Assembly: GCA_964537945.1 (NCBI GenBank) | Contig: CAZIDS010000001.1 | Span: 1 to 60,531 of the forward strand | DNA from: an uncultured Gemmatimonas sp. | GTDB taxonomy: Bacteria; Gemmatimonadota; Gemmatimonadetes; Gemmatimonadales; Gemmatimonadaceae | Length of the DNA: 60,531 nt | Direction: 5' to 3' | Shown here: piece after piece, positions 9,851-19,452 of the stretch | Layout: each line of letters begins with the position of its first letter | Position numbering within the stretch: the first letter of the stretch is position 1 | Translations under genes and position numbers: made by a program | Notes under the pieces: model-generated | What the model was told of the DNA's origin: nothing | Seen by the model: the letters and a program-made list of their open reading frames with translations, nothing else | The model's database searches: none

Positions 9851-11155
9851 ATGCGACTCGACCTCCGCCTCGGACGCTGCTGCGCGATCGCAGTGCTCCT
9901 CGCCGCCCCAGCCGGCGCGCAGCAGCCCGCCTATCCGACCTCCTGGGATCCGGCGATCCTCGAGCGCCCCGACGTGAAGGCGGCGCTCGCGTTCGTCGAG
10001 CGCGGATTCCCGCGGCAGGTGGACGAATGGATCCGGCTCGCGGGCGTGCAGGCGAAGTCGACGCACGAGCAGGAGCGCGCCGCGTACGTGCGCGCCGAGA
10101 TGGAGAAGGAAGGTCTCGCCGTCTCGTCCGACTCGATGGGAAACGTGACCGGTGTGCGGAAGGGGAGCGGCGGTGGCCCGACGGTCGTCTTCGCCGCGCA
10201 CATGGACATCGTGCACGACCTGGGCACGAACCTCGCCGTGCGGCGCGCCGGCGACACGCTGCACGCGCCCGGGATCTTCGACAACACCGCGAGCGTGGTG
10301 AACATGCTCGTCACGATCCGCGCGCTGAACGCGGCGAAGGTCGTGACCAGGGGCGACCTCGTGTTCGTCGCGACCGTACAGGAGGAGCTCGGCCTGCGCG
10401 GCATGGCCTACTGGCTCGCGCACAACCCGCGGCCCGACCTCCTCATCGCGATGGACGGCGGGCTCGGCGCGGTCAGCTACGGCGCGCTCGGCATCTACTG
10501 GACGCGCTACCGCTTCACGTCGGAGGGCGCGCACACGCTCAACTCGCGCGGCCGGCCGACGCCGGTGAAGGCGCTCGCCGACGCGGTCACCCAGATCTAC
10601 GCGCTCCAGCCGCCCGCGCTGCCGAACGGCGCGGTGATCAACGTCGGGCAGGTGCATGGCGGCGTGATCTTCAACGGGATCCCGCAGGACCTGTACTTCA
10701 CGGTGGACCTGCGCTCGCCGGACCCGTCGCTGCTCGACTCGCTCGACCGCCGGATCACCGCCCTCGTCGAAGCCGCGGCGGCACGCGAGAAGGTCGGGCT
10801 GAAGGTCGAGATCGAGCAGAAGAACCGCGCGGGCGGCACGGCGCGGATGCTCGAGCCGGCCCGTCGGCATCCGCTCGTGCAGACGGCGATCGACATCCAG
10901 AAGCAGCTGGGCGTGTCGTTCGGGATGCCGGGCGCCGACGAGGCGATCGCGAGCGGGAGCACCGACGCGAACATCGGTGTCGTGATGGGGATCCCGAGCA
11001 TCTCGATCGGACGCTCCTACGGCGGCAACCAGCACACGCTCACCGAGTGGGCGCACTGGCCGAGCGCGTTGCAGGGCACGAAGCTGACGCTGCTGCTCGC
11101 CACGACGTTCGGCGACGGTGTGCGCGTGGTGCCGCCCGGGCGCTACGTGCCCTGA
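9851..11155 (+). CDS. M20/M25/M40 family metallo-hydrolase, secreted
   Basis: Signal peptide. Metal-binding motifs AHMD, FDN, QEELGL, AMDG, STDAN, NQH. Confidence 0.9.
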   Translation: MRLDLRLGRCCAIAVLLAAPAGAQQPAYPTSWDPAILERPDVKAALAFVERGFPRQVDEWIRLAGVQAKSTHEQERAAYVRAEMEKEGLAVSSDSMGNVTGVRKGSGGGPTVVFAAHMDIVHDLGTNLAVRRAGDTLHAPGIFDNTASVVNMLVTIRALNAAKVVTRGDLVFVATVQEELGLRGMAYWLAHNPRPDLLIAMDGGLGAVSYGALGIYWTRYRFTSEGAHTLNSRGRPTPVKALADAVTQIYALQPPALPNGAVINVGQVHGGVIFNGIPQDLYFTVDLRSPDPSLLDSLDRRITALVEAAAAREKVGLKVEIEQKNRAGGTARMLEPARRHPLVQTAIDIQKQLGVSFGMPGADEAIASGSTDANIGVVMGIPSISIGRSYGGNQHTLTEWAHWPSALQGTKLTLLLATTFGDGVRVVPPGRYVP

Positions 11156-11171
11156 TCGCGCGGGGGCGCGA

Positions 11172-13103
11172 TCACCAGCCCCCGCCGCCCCCGCCGCCAG
11201 AGCTGCCGCCGCTGCTCGAGCCGCCGCCGCCGCTCGAGCTCGAGCTCGGGCTGGGCACCGCCGCCGCCATGCCGCCGACCGCCGCGGCGAACGCGGCGCT
11301 CGATCCGCCGCCGGAGAACGCGCCGCCGCCGCCGAAGCCGGTCCATCCGTTCCCGCTGGCCGTGCCGCGACCCGAGGCGTCGCCGCCCGACGAGTGCACG
11401 ACGGCCGCCGTCGCGCCGCCGAACGCACGGAACCACTTGTCCGCCTCGGCGCCGAGCCCGAAGGCGATGACGTACGGGTACCACGCATCCTCGAGCGACG
11501 GCTGCGCGGTCCGCAGCTCCGCGCGGAAGCGTTCACGGATCGCGTAGAGCCGACGCCGGAGGACGATCCGCTCGGGCGACTGGCGCGACGCGGCGATGTT
11601 CGTCGAGCTCCGTGCGAGGCCGAGCATCCACAGCGTGAGGCCGGCGAGCGTGATGCCGCCGAGGATGTCGATCGCGGTGCCGAGCACGAGCATCGCGAAC
11701 AGCGCGATCACGCCGGCCCACACGAGCAGCAGGGCTGCCAGCGCGCCGCGCGGACTCGCGGCGGCGCGCTGCGCAATGACGGCGGGGATGAGCGTGACGA
11801 GGAAGACCGGGACCGAGACGAGCATCGCGAGTCCGGTGAGCGCCGCATCATCCGGTTCCATCACGGCCCCGATGACCGCGATCACGAGCCCGGCGGCGAG
11901 CAGCGCGCCGGTCGGCCTCCACGCGGGCTTGCTCCCCTTCGGCGCGGCGCGCGCGACGATCGCGTCGATCCCGCCCTTGATCGTGGATGCCGGATCGAAG
12001 CCCGTGCTCTTGTAGCGCTCCCGCACGCTCGCCGTGTCGGTCGTGGTCGCGTGGTCCTCGAAGAGGCTCGCGATGAGCGCGCGCTCGTGCGCGGCGAGCG
12101 ACGAGCGGTCGACGTTCAGCGTGAGGTGGAGCACCTGCTGTTCGACGAAGAGGACCTTCGTCGTCGTGACGCGGCTCGAGAGCTTCCCCTCCTGGACGAG
12201 CCGTGCGAGGACGGCCGCGACCTCCGGCGCCGACGTCGTGTCGTCCCAGGTCGCGCCCGCCACCTCGGGGAGCATCGCGAGCAGGTGCTCGCCGATGAAC
12301 TCGCGGGTGATCTCCTCCGTGCGCGGGCCCTCGGCGAAGCGGCCGAGCGCGCGCTCGCGCGCGACGAGACGCGCGAAGAGCAGCAGGAGCGCGCCAGCGA
12401 GAATGGCACCGAGCAGCGCGCGCACCGCCGGCGGCGCGCCGGTGCGCGACTCGGGCGCCACCGCGCCGCCGGCGAGCCGCAGCGGGATGGTGACGCGGAA
12501 TCCCTGGTCCGGCGGCAGCGGGAGCGGGCCGAAACGTCCGGTGAAGTCCTCGCGCGTGACCCACGCGGGGTCGAGCGTGAGCGTGAGGCGGAAGTCGTCG
12601 ATCGGCCAATCGCGGTCGACCATCGCGAAGTTGTGGTCGAGCTCCCAGGCGCCGTCGTCGCGACGCTGGAGGATGCGTTCATAGGCGACCGTGATCTCGT
12701 ACGTGATCTCGGTCCCGGCGAATGCGGGGTCCGACGGCCGGCGGGCGCGCCAGCGGAGCGTACGGCCGCCGTCCACGCGGCTCGCGTCGTCCACGTCGTC
12801 GAGGTCACCGTCCCACGTCAGGGGCCGGAGCACTCCGGTTGCCGGGTCGAGACGGGAGATGCCGAGGATCTCGACGCGCTGGCCGCGGCGCACGTCGAAG
12901 ACGCGCTCGCCGCCGTTCCACTCCCCCTCGAAGCGGATCACCTGCCGCTCGCGCACCTCGAGCCGTCCGGTCGCGTCGAGATGCGCCGTGACCTCGATGC
13001 GTGGCCAGGACATCGTGCGAGGCTGAGCTGCCGCCACGGAGCCCGTGCCCGACGCGAGGAGGAGTGCACCGGCGAAGAGCGGAGACAGTCGGCGAGCGGT
13101 CAT
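11172..13103 (-). CDS. DUF2207-like membrane protein
   Basis: Signal peptide, periplasmic beta domain (LEVRERQVIRFEG), several TMs, PYVIAFGL...KW motif and the typical GGSSGGGGGGGW C-terminus. Confidence 0.85.
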   Translation of the reverse strand: MTARRLSPLFAGALLLASGTGSVAAAQPRTMSWPRIEVTAHLDATGRLEVRERQVIRFEGEWNGGERVFDVRRGQRVEILGISRLDPATGVLRPLTWDGDLDDVDDASRVDGGRTLRWRARRPSDPAFAGTEITYEITVAYERILQRRDDGAWELDHNFAMVDRDWPIDDFRLTLTLDPAWVTREDFTGRFGPLPLPPDQGFRVTIPLRLAGGAVAPESRTGAPPAVRALLGAILAGALLLLFARLVARERALGRFAEGPRTEEITREFIGEHLLAMLPEVAGATWDDTTSAPEVAAVLARLVQEGKLSSRVTTTKVLFVEQQVLHLTLNVDRSSLAAHERALIASLFEDHATTTDTASVRERYKSTGFDPASTIKGGIDAIVARAAPKGSKPAWRPTGALLAAGLVIAVIGAVMEPDDAALTGLAMLVSVPVFLVTLIPAVIAQRAAASPRGALAALLLVWAGVIALFAMLVLGTAIDILGGITLAGLTLWMLGLARSSTNIAASRQSPERIVLRRRLYAIRERFRAELRTAQPSLEDAWYPYVIAFGLGAEADKWFRAFGGATAAVVHSSGGDASGRGTASGNGWTGFGGGGAFSGGGSSAAFAAAVGGMAAAVPSPSSSSSGGGGSSSGGSSGGGGGGGW

Positions 13104-13166
13104 CGCCACATCATGCCGCGCCAGCCCGTGCTTGCACAACCCTGACATTCGACGGCGCCCTGCGGC

Positions 13167-13195
13167 GAACCGGACGCGAGGCGCGTAGTGTCGAA
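13167..13195 (+). promoter_or_regulatory. ECF sigma (sigmaE-like) promoter candidate
   Basis: GAACCG-N17-GTCGAA upstream of the GGAG and ATG 13227. RpoE-type consensus is GAACTT-N16-GTCNAA. Confidence 0.35.
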
Positions 13196-13226
13196 CCGCT
13201 CGGACCCTTCACGAACGGAGACCCGC

Positions 13227-14546
13227 ATGGGCCTGTCCGCCAGCTGCCGTCCCTACGCCGTCGCCGCGCTCGCGGCCGCGGTGCTCACCGCTCCCCTCCG
13301 CGCGCAGGCCGGCATGTTCCGCGGCGGTCCCGCCCACCTCGGTGTCTACGACTCGCCCGCATCCGCGCTCGAGACCGTGGTATGGAAGTTCACCACGGGC
13401 GGCCGCGTGCTCTCGACGCCGCTCGTCGTGGGCGACGCGGTCTACGTCGGCAGCACTGACGGCGCGCTCTACGCGGTGAATCGCGCCGACGGCACCCAGC
13501 GGTGGAAGTTCGCGTCGCGCGGGCCGATCGCGTCGTCGCCGGCGCTCGCGAACGGGCTCGTCTACATCAGTTCGCTCGATGGCAACGTCTACGCGGTCGA
13601 CGCGGCGACGGGCGCCGAGAAGTGGCGGTTCGCGACGCGCGGCGAACGGCGCTTCACTGCGCCCGGCATCCACGGCGCGATCCCGCGCACGGAGCGGATG
13701 CCCGATCCGTTCGACGTCTTCATGTCGTCGCCGACGGTCGCCGGCGGCGTCGTCTACATCGGCAGCGGCGACCAGCGCGTCTACGCGCTCGATGCCGCGA
13801 CGGGCGCGAAGAGGTGGGAGTTCGCGACCGGCGACGTGGTCCACGCGTCGCCAGCCGTGGTGGACGGCGTGGTCTACGTCGGGAGCTTCGACCGCAACCT
13901 GTACGCGCTCGACGCAGCGACGGGCCGCGAGCGCTGGCGCTACACCACGGGGAACGACACGACGATCTACAACCAGATCGGGCTGCCGAGCTCGCCCGCG
14001 GTCGCCGGCGGCCTGGTCTACGTCGGCGGGCGTGACGGCCGCTTCCACGCGGTCGACGCGGCGACCGGCGCCGGCAAGTGGACGATCGACAACAAGGGCG
14101 GCTGGACGATCGCGTCACCCGCCGTGCATCAGGGCCTCGTCTGGTTCCCGACGAGCGACGGGCGCCGCCTGAAGGCGGTGGACGCGGTGACGGGCGCGGT
14201 GAAGTTCGACCTGCAGAACCGCGCGATCTCGTTCTCGTCGCCGGCGGTCGCGGGCGGCGTGCTCTTCTATGGAACGTCCGACGGCTTCCTGAACGCGGTC
14301 TCGATCGCCGACGGCACGCTGCGGACCCGATTCCAGACCGACGGCTCGAAGGAGAACGCGCCACGGCTGCTCGACGAGAACGGGCTCTTCCGGTCGGACC
14401 GCATGTATCCCGACCGCACGCTCGACGGGATGATGATCGGGATGCGCACGATGATGACCCTCGGTTCGGTCCTCTCGTCGCCGGTGGTCGCCGACGGCGT
14501 CGCGTACTTCGGCAGCACGGACGGGAAGCTCTACGCGGTTCGGTAG
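13227..14546 (+). CDS. PQQ-like (BamB-type) beta-propeller repeat protein, secreted
   Basis: Repeated SPAVxxGxVYxGSxDxxxYAxDAxTGxxxWxF units, MFRGGPAHLG start motif, GGAG RBS. Confidence 0.92.
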   Translation: MGLSASCRPYAVAALAAAVLTAPLRAQAGMFRGGPAHLGVYDSPASALETVVWKFTTGGRVLSTPLVVGDAVYVGSTDGALYAVNRADGTQRWKFASRGPIASSPALANGLVYISSLDGNVYAVDAATGAEKWRFATRGERRFTAPGIHGAIPRTERMPDPFDVFMSSPTVAGGVVYIGSGDQRVYALDAATGAKRWEFATGDVVHASPAVVDGVVYVGSFDRNLYALDAATGRERWRYTTGNDTTIYNQIGLPSSPAVAGGLVYVGGRDGRFHAVDAATGAGKWTIDNKGGWTIASPAVHQGLVWFPTSDGRRLKAVDAVTGAVKFDLQNRAISFSSPAVAGGVLFYGTSDGFLNAVSIADGTLRTRFQTDGSKENAPRLLDENGLFRSDRMYPDRTLDGMMIGMRTMMTLGSVLSSPVVADGVAYFGSTDGKLYAVR

Positions 14547-14589
14547 GCGACGCAGCGGTCACCAGCGCATTGTGCGGCGCGTCACACGT

Positions 14590-14617
14590 TTAACACCGCA
14601 CCGCGGCGGTCCGTCGA
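14590..14617 (+). promoter_or_regulatory. ECF sigma (sigmaE-like) promoter candidate
   Basis: TAACAC-N16-GTCGAA (AAC-N17-CGTC) upstream of the GGAG and ATG 14667. Confidence 0.4.
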
Positions 14618-14666
14618 ACGGGTGTCACGAGGCGCGATCCCGCGCTGCTCATCCCGGAGACGACCC

Positions 14667-15068
14667 ATGCGCTCGACCCTGATCAACGCCACGCTCGCCG
14701 CCGCCGTGCTCGCCGTCTCGGGCGCGTCGCTCGAAGCCCAGGCGGCCGTGCCGCGCGACACCGCCCGCCGCTGCGCGGCGAACACCGTGTGCGACCGCGT
14801 CGAGGATCGCCGCGACCGCCGCGAGGACCGCCGCGACGTGCGCGAGGACGTGCGCGACCGCGCCGAGGACCGCCGTGACCGCCGCGAGGACGTGCGCGAC
14901 GCGAGGGTGGATGGTGGCCGCCGCGACCGCATCGAGGACCGCCGCGACGCGCGCGAGGATGTGCGCGACCGCGCCGAGGACCGCCGCGACCGTCGTGAGG
15001 ATGTTCGTGACCGTCGCGAGGACCGCCGCGAGCGCCGGCGCGACGGGGCCGCGCGCCGCATCCCGTAA
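14667..15068 (+). CDS. Small secreted Arg/Asp/Glu repeat protein
   Basis: GGAG RBS, signal peptide MRSTLINATLAAAVLAVSGASLEA-Q, CAANTVC, then DRREDRRD/REDVRDR heptads. Followed by a strong hairpin. Confidence 0.8.
   Translation: MRSTLINATLAAAVLAVSGASLEAQAAVPRDTARRCAANTVCDRVEDRRDRREDRRDVREDVRDRAEDRRDRREDVRDARVDGGRRDRIEDRRDAREDVRDRAEDRRDRREDVRDRREDRRERRRDGAARRIP
14793..15044 (+). repeat. Coding 21-bp-period degenerate tandem repeat
   Basis: Recurrent CGCGAGGAC(G/C)...CGCGAC units encoding (R/A)EDxRDx heptads. Confidence 0.8.
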
Positions 15069-15085
15069 GCGATGCCGCTCCACCG

Positions 15086-15119
15086 ACAGGCCCCCGGCGC
15101 CAGCGCGCCGGGGGCCTGT
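15086..15119 (+). terminator. Intrinsic terminator-like hairpin
   Basis: Perfect 15-bp stem ACAGGCCCCCGGCGC / GCGCCGGGGGCCTGT with loop CAGC, 17 nt after stop 15068. U-tail is short. Confidence 0.75.
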
Positions 15120-15155
15120 TCGCATCTCCCGCGCATCGCGGTTTATCGTTCATCG

Positions 15156-16607
15156 ATGCGCACGGATGGCGCCGACCGCGCGAACCTGGAGTTCCCGCCC
15201 GACGAGATGCGGGCGATGGGCGAGGCCGTCATCGACCGCATCGTCACGCACGTCGCCTCGCTGCCGGATCAGCCGAGCCGCGGCGACGTAGACGCCGCCG
15301 ACGCGTGCCGCGCGATGCGCGAAGCCGTGCCGGAGGAGGGCACGCCGCTCGAGGCACTGCTTCGGCCGCTCTTCGAGGAGTGGATCCCGCGCTCCTTCAC
15401 GACGACGGGGCCCGGCTACCTCGCCTACATCCCGGGCGGCGGCGTGTATCCCGCCGCGCTCGCCGACCTCATCGCCGGCGCGACGAACCGCTACACCGGG
15501 ATCTGGCAGGCCGCGCCCGCGCTCGTGCAGCTCGAGGCGAACGTGCTCGAGTGGCTGCGCGACTGGATGCAGTTCCCCGCCACGGCGCGCGGCTTGTTCA
15601 CCACCGGCGGGTCGATGGCGATGTTCAACGCGATCGCGTGCGCGCGCGAGCAGCGCCTCGGCACCGCGATCCGCGACGGCACGATGTATGTCAGCTCACA
15701 GGCGCACCATTCGATCGTCAAGGCCGCGAAGCTCGCCGGCATCGCGCACGACCGCGTCCGCACGATCGCGGTGGACGCCGACTACCGGATGCGACTCGAC
15801 CTGCTCGACGCGGCGATCGAGGCCGCCCGGGCCGCCGGGCTGACGCCGTTCCTCGTGTTCTCGTCGGCGGGCACAACGAACACCGGCGCGGTGGACGACC
15901 TCGAGGGCGTCGCCGACCTCACCGCGCGACAGGCGCTCTGGCACCACGTCGATGGCGCCTACGGCGCCTTCTTCCATGCCGTGCCGTCGCTGCGTCCGCT
16001 GCTGCGCGGCCTGCCGCGCGCGGACTCGCTCACGCTCGACCCGCACAAGGGGATGTTCCTCCCCTACGGCACCGGCGCGCTGCTCGTGCGCGACGGCGAG
16101 GCGCTGCGGGCGCTCCATTCGTCGACGGCCGGCTACCTGCCGCCGAACCAGTCGGAGTTCTACGATCCCGCGCAGTACGGCCCCGAGCTCTCGCGCGGGT
16201 TCCCTGGCCTCCGCGTCTGGCTCGCGGTGAAGCTCTATGGCGCCGCGCGCTACCGCGCAGCGATCGCCGAGAAGCGCGCGCTCGCGGTGTGGATGCACGG
16301 CGAGGTCGCCCGCATTCCGGGGATCGTGATCGACGCGCCGCCGCAACTCTCGCTCTTCGCCTTCCATCTGGAAGGGCCCGGCCTCACCACGCGCGAGGCG
16401 CAGGACCGCGCAACGAAGGCGCTGATGGAGCGCGTCACCGCGCGCGGCAAGGTGATGGTCACCGGCGCGCAGGCCGAGGACCGCTACCTGGGCCGCGTCT
16501 GCGTGCTGAGCTTCCGCACGCGGCAGGCGCAGGCGGAGGTCGCGGTGCGGCACCTGCGCGAGGAGACGGCGGCCATCCTCGCCGACGCCGCGCGGGGGCG
16601 CACGTGA
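15156..16607 (+). CDS. Group II PLP-dependent decarboxylase (aromatic L-amino acid/glutamate decarboxylase family)
   Basis: Motifs GLFTTGGSMA, QAHHS, SAGTTNTGAVD, HVDGAYG and PLP lysine in DPHK. Confidence 0.92.
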   Translation: MRTDGADRANLEFPPDEMRAMGEAVIDRIVTHVASLPDQPSRGDVDAADACRAMREAVPEEGTPLEALLRPLFEEWIPRSFTTTGPGYLAYIPGGGVYPAALADLIAGATNRYTGIWQAAPALVQLEANVLEWLRDWMQFPATARGLFTTGGSMAMFNAIACAREQRLGTAIRDGTMYVSSQAHHSIVKAAKLAGIAHDRVRTIAVDADYRMRLDLLDAAIEAARAAGLTPFLVFSSAGTTNTGAVDDLEGVADLTARQALWHHVDGAYGAFFHAVPSLRPLLRGLPRADSLTLDPHKGMFLPYGTGALLVRDGEALRALHSSTAGYLPPNQSEFYDPAQYGPELSRGFPGLRVWLAVKLYGAARYRAAIAEKRALAVWMHGEVARIPGIVIDAPPQLSLFAFHLEGPGLTTREAQDRATKALMERVTARGKVMVTGAQAEDRYLGRVCVLSFRTRQAQAEVAVRHLREETAAILADAARGRT

Positions 16608-17884
16608 CCGGCGGCCGGGCCACGCCGGTGGATGCCTACGCGGCGGTGCGGCATCCGCTCTTCGCGCGGTACATCGTCGCGCTCTTCACCCTCACGCTCG
16701 GCGTGCAGATCCAGGGCACCGTCGTCGGCTGGCAGGTCTACGACCTCACGAGGGACCCGTTCGCGCTCGGCATGATCGGGCTCGCCGAGGCGCTGCCGGC
16801 GATCTCGATGGCGCTCTACGCCGGCCACGTCGCCGACCGGCACGACCGGCGCCGCGTCGCGCTCGCGGCGATCTCGGTGCTGGTCGCCTGCAGCATCTCG
16901 CTCTGGGTGCTCGCGAGCGCGCGCCCGCTCGGCGCCGAGCTGCCCACGCCGGCGCGGCTCACCGCGATCTACGCGGTGATCGTCGTGAGCGGCGTCGCGC
17001 GCGCGTTCCTGCAGCCGGCGCGCCAGGCCCTCTCGGCCGAACTCGTGCCGCGCGCGCTCTTCGCGAACGCGATCACGTGGCGCAGCGGGAGCTGGCAGCT
17101 CGCGGCGGTGCTTGGTCCCGCGCTCGGCGGCCTGCTCTACGCGGCCGGCGGGACGCGGCTCGCGTACGGCGTCGATGCGGCGCTGATGCTCTTCGCGACG
17201 ATGGTGATGGTCACGATCTCGCATCGGTCGCCCGCGCGCGTCGGAGGGCACGAGGGCATCTTCGCGTCCGTGAGCGGCGGCGTGCGATTCGTCTTCCGCG
17301 AGCCGGTGCTGCTCGGGGCGCTGACGCTCGACCTCTTCTCGGTCTTCTTCGGCGGCGCGGTGGCGCTTCTGCCCATCTTCGCCGCCGAGATCCTGCACGT
17401 CGGACCGACCGGCCTCGGGATCCTGCGCGCCGCGCCCGCGGTCGGCGCGGTGGCGATGAGCGTGCTGCTCGCGCGGCGGAAGGACTGGGACCGCACCGGG
17501 CACGTCCTCCTCTGGTCGGTCGCGGGCTTCGGCGCCTGCATGGTGCTCTTCGGGCTCTCGACGACGTTCTACCTCAGCGTCGGGCTGCTCGTGGCGAGCG
17601 GGATGTTCGACATGGTGAGCGTGGTGATCCGCAGCACGCTGCTGCAGGCGCGCACGCCCGAGGCGCTGCTGGGCCGCGTGAGCTCGGTGAACCAGATCTT
17701 CATCGGCTCGTCGAACGAGATCGGGATGTTCGAGTCGGGCGTCACGGCGCGCTGGTGGGGGACGGCGCCGAGCGTGGTGGTCGGCGGCCTGGCGACGCTC
17801 GGCGTGGTCGGCACCATCGCGTGGTTCGTGACGTCGCTCCGACGGCTCGGCCGGCTCCACCCTGAGGAACGCCACGGCGTCTGA
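16604..17884 (+). CDS. MFS transporter (EntS/DHA3-like)
   Basis: GTGA overlap with the decarboxylase stop. About 12 TMs, motif A GHVADRHDRRR, LDLFSVFFGGAVALLP, GRVSS. Confidence 0.9.
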   Translation: MTGGRATPVDAYAAVRHPLFARYIVALFTLTLGVQIQGTVVGWQVYDLTRDPFALGMIGLAEALPAISMALYAGHVADRHDRRRVALAAISVLVACSISLWVLASARPLGAELPTPARLTAIYAVIVVSGVARAFLQPARQALSAELVPRALFANAITWRSGSWQLAAVLGPALGGLLYAAGGTRLAYGVDAALMLFATMVMVTISHRSPARVGGHEGIFASVSGGVRFVFREPVLLGALTLDLFSVFFGGAVALLPIFAAEILHVGPTGLGILRAAPAVGAVAMSVLLARRKDWDRTGHVLLWSVAGFGACMVLFGLSTTFYLSVGLLVASGMFDMVSVVIRSTLLQARTPEALLGRVSSVNQIFIGSSNEIGMFESGVTARWWGTAPSVVVGGLATLGVVGTIAWFVTSLRRLGRLHPEERHGV

Positions 17885-17996
17885 CCGTATTCGCTCCCTG
17901 ACCGCCGTGACACCGGATGTGCGCGACTGGTAAAGACTGCACGGCCCGGCGGCGCTCCGCTGGCGCACGACCCACCCTGCTCGACAACGTTCCCCG

Positions 17997-19412
17997 ATGA
18001 CCGCACCTGCCGCGAAGGGAAAGCCCTTCGATCGCCGCATCGTCGAAGGCCCGATCCCCGCCGCCGTGTGGATGATCGCCTGGCCGAGCGTCCTGCAGAA
18101 CATCATCGGCGGGATGCAGGGCGTGGTCGACCACGCACTCGTCGGCCACTTCGTCGGCTTCAACGGCAACGCAGCCGTCGGCGTGGCGTTCCAGATCTTC
18201 CTCGTCGTGATCGTGTTCGTGATGTCGATCTACACGGGGATGGGCGTGCTCGTCGCGCGCTTCGCCGGCGCCGGCGACGCGGCGGCGGTGAACCGCACCG
18301 TGTACCAGGCCTTCCTCGCGTCGATCGCGATGAGCTTCCTCGTGATGGCGCCGGTGGGATGGTTCGTCTCGCCGCTGCTGCTGCAGCTCGTGAACGCCGC
18401 GCCGGCGGTGCAGGCCGAGGCGCTGCCGTACCTGCGCACGATGTTCCTCGGCGGCATCGGCATGATGCTGATGTTCCTCCTCGGCGGCGCGCTGCGCGCG
18501 ACCGGCGACGCGCGCACCGGCCTCCGGCTCGGCGTCGCGATGACGATCCTGAACATCATCCTGAACATCGTCTTCATCCGCGGTCTCGGCCCGATCCCGC
18601 CGATGGGCGTGATGGGCGCGGCGATCGGCACCTCGATCGCGGGGCTGCTCGTGTCGGCGTACGGCTTCACGCGGCTGCTGTCCGGCCACCTCACCATCCA
18701 TTGGGAGAAGGACATGGACTGGCGGTGGGACTGGAGGATCATCCGCCAGCTCTTCCGGTTCGGGCTGCCGGCCGGGCTCCAGGGCATCGCGATGAACATC
18801 GCCGGCGTGCTGCTGCTGCGGTTCATCGGCTCGCTCGGCAACAGCGCCGAGGCGCAGGCGGCGTATGCGGTCGGCTATTCGGAACTCTTCTCGTTCATCA
18901 CGTGGACGAGCGTCGGCCTGATGGGCGCCGCGGCGGCGGTCGCGGGGCAGAACCTCGGCGCCGGCAAGCCGGAGCGCGTCGAGCGCGCCGTGCAGATCGC
19001 GTCGCGCATGGGGCAGGGGATCGCGGTGACGATCGGCCTGCTGTTCCTGTTCATCCCCGACGTGCTGCTCGGCCTCTTCGGGCTCAACGATCCCGTCGTG
19101 CAGAGCATGGGGACGCAGCTGCTGCGCTGGCTGAGCGTGAGCGGGCTCTTCATCACGACGGCGCTGACGTACACGGGCGGGCTCACCGGCACCGGCGACA
19201 CGAAGGGGCCGCTCTACATCACGCTGGTCTCGCAGATCGGCGTGCCGATCGGGCTGCTGACGGTGCTGCAGATGCTCGGCCCGCTCGAGGCGTGGAACGT
19301 GTGGCTCGCGATCCTGCTCGGGCACGTGATGCGGGCGACGCTGACGGTGCTGCGGTTCAAGGGCGGCAAGTGGCGCGAGATCCGGATCGAGGGGGCCACG
19401 GCGGCGGCGTAA
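17997..19412 (+). CDS. MATE family efflux transporter
   Basis: About 12 TMs with two-fold repeat. Motifs VDHALVGH, LRATGDARTG, AGQNLGAGK, TGTGDTKGP. Confidence 0.93.
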   Translation: MTAPAAKGKPFDRRIVEGPIPAAVWMIAWPSVLQNIIGGMQGVVDHALVGHFVGFNGNAAVGVAFQIFLVVIVFVMSIYTGMGVLVARFAGAGDAAAVNRTVYQAFLASIAMSFLVMAPVGWFVSPLLLQLVNAAPAVQAEALPYLRTMFLGGIGMMLMFLLGGALRATGDARTGLRLGVAMTILNIILNIVFIRGLGPIPPMGVMGAAIGTSIAGLLVSAYGFTRLLSGHLTIHWEKDMDWRWDWRIIRQLFRFGLPAGLQGIAMNIAGVLLLRFIGSLGNSAEAQAAYAVGYSELFSFITWTSVGLMGAAAAVAGQNLGAGKPERVERAVQIASRMGQGIAVTIGLLFLFIPDVLLGLFGLNDPVVQSMGTQLLRWLSVSGLFITTALTYTGGLTGTGDTKGPLYITLVSQIGVPIGLLTVLQMLGPLEAWNVWLAILLGHVMRATLTVLRFKGGKWREIRIEGATAAA

Positions 19413-19452
19413 CGCGGCTGGCGCTCACCTGCGGCGCGCCACACTGTTCGAC

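Noticed and set aside
14793..15044. Short direct repeats resembling a CRISPR array
   Set aside because: Degenerate 21-bp period, no unique spacers, and fully in frame within a signal-peptide-bearing CDS.
17931..17957. TAAAG upstream of the MATE gene
   Set aside because: No GCCGA element 15 nt downstream. A CAACGT leaderless-type -10 fits better.
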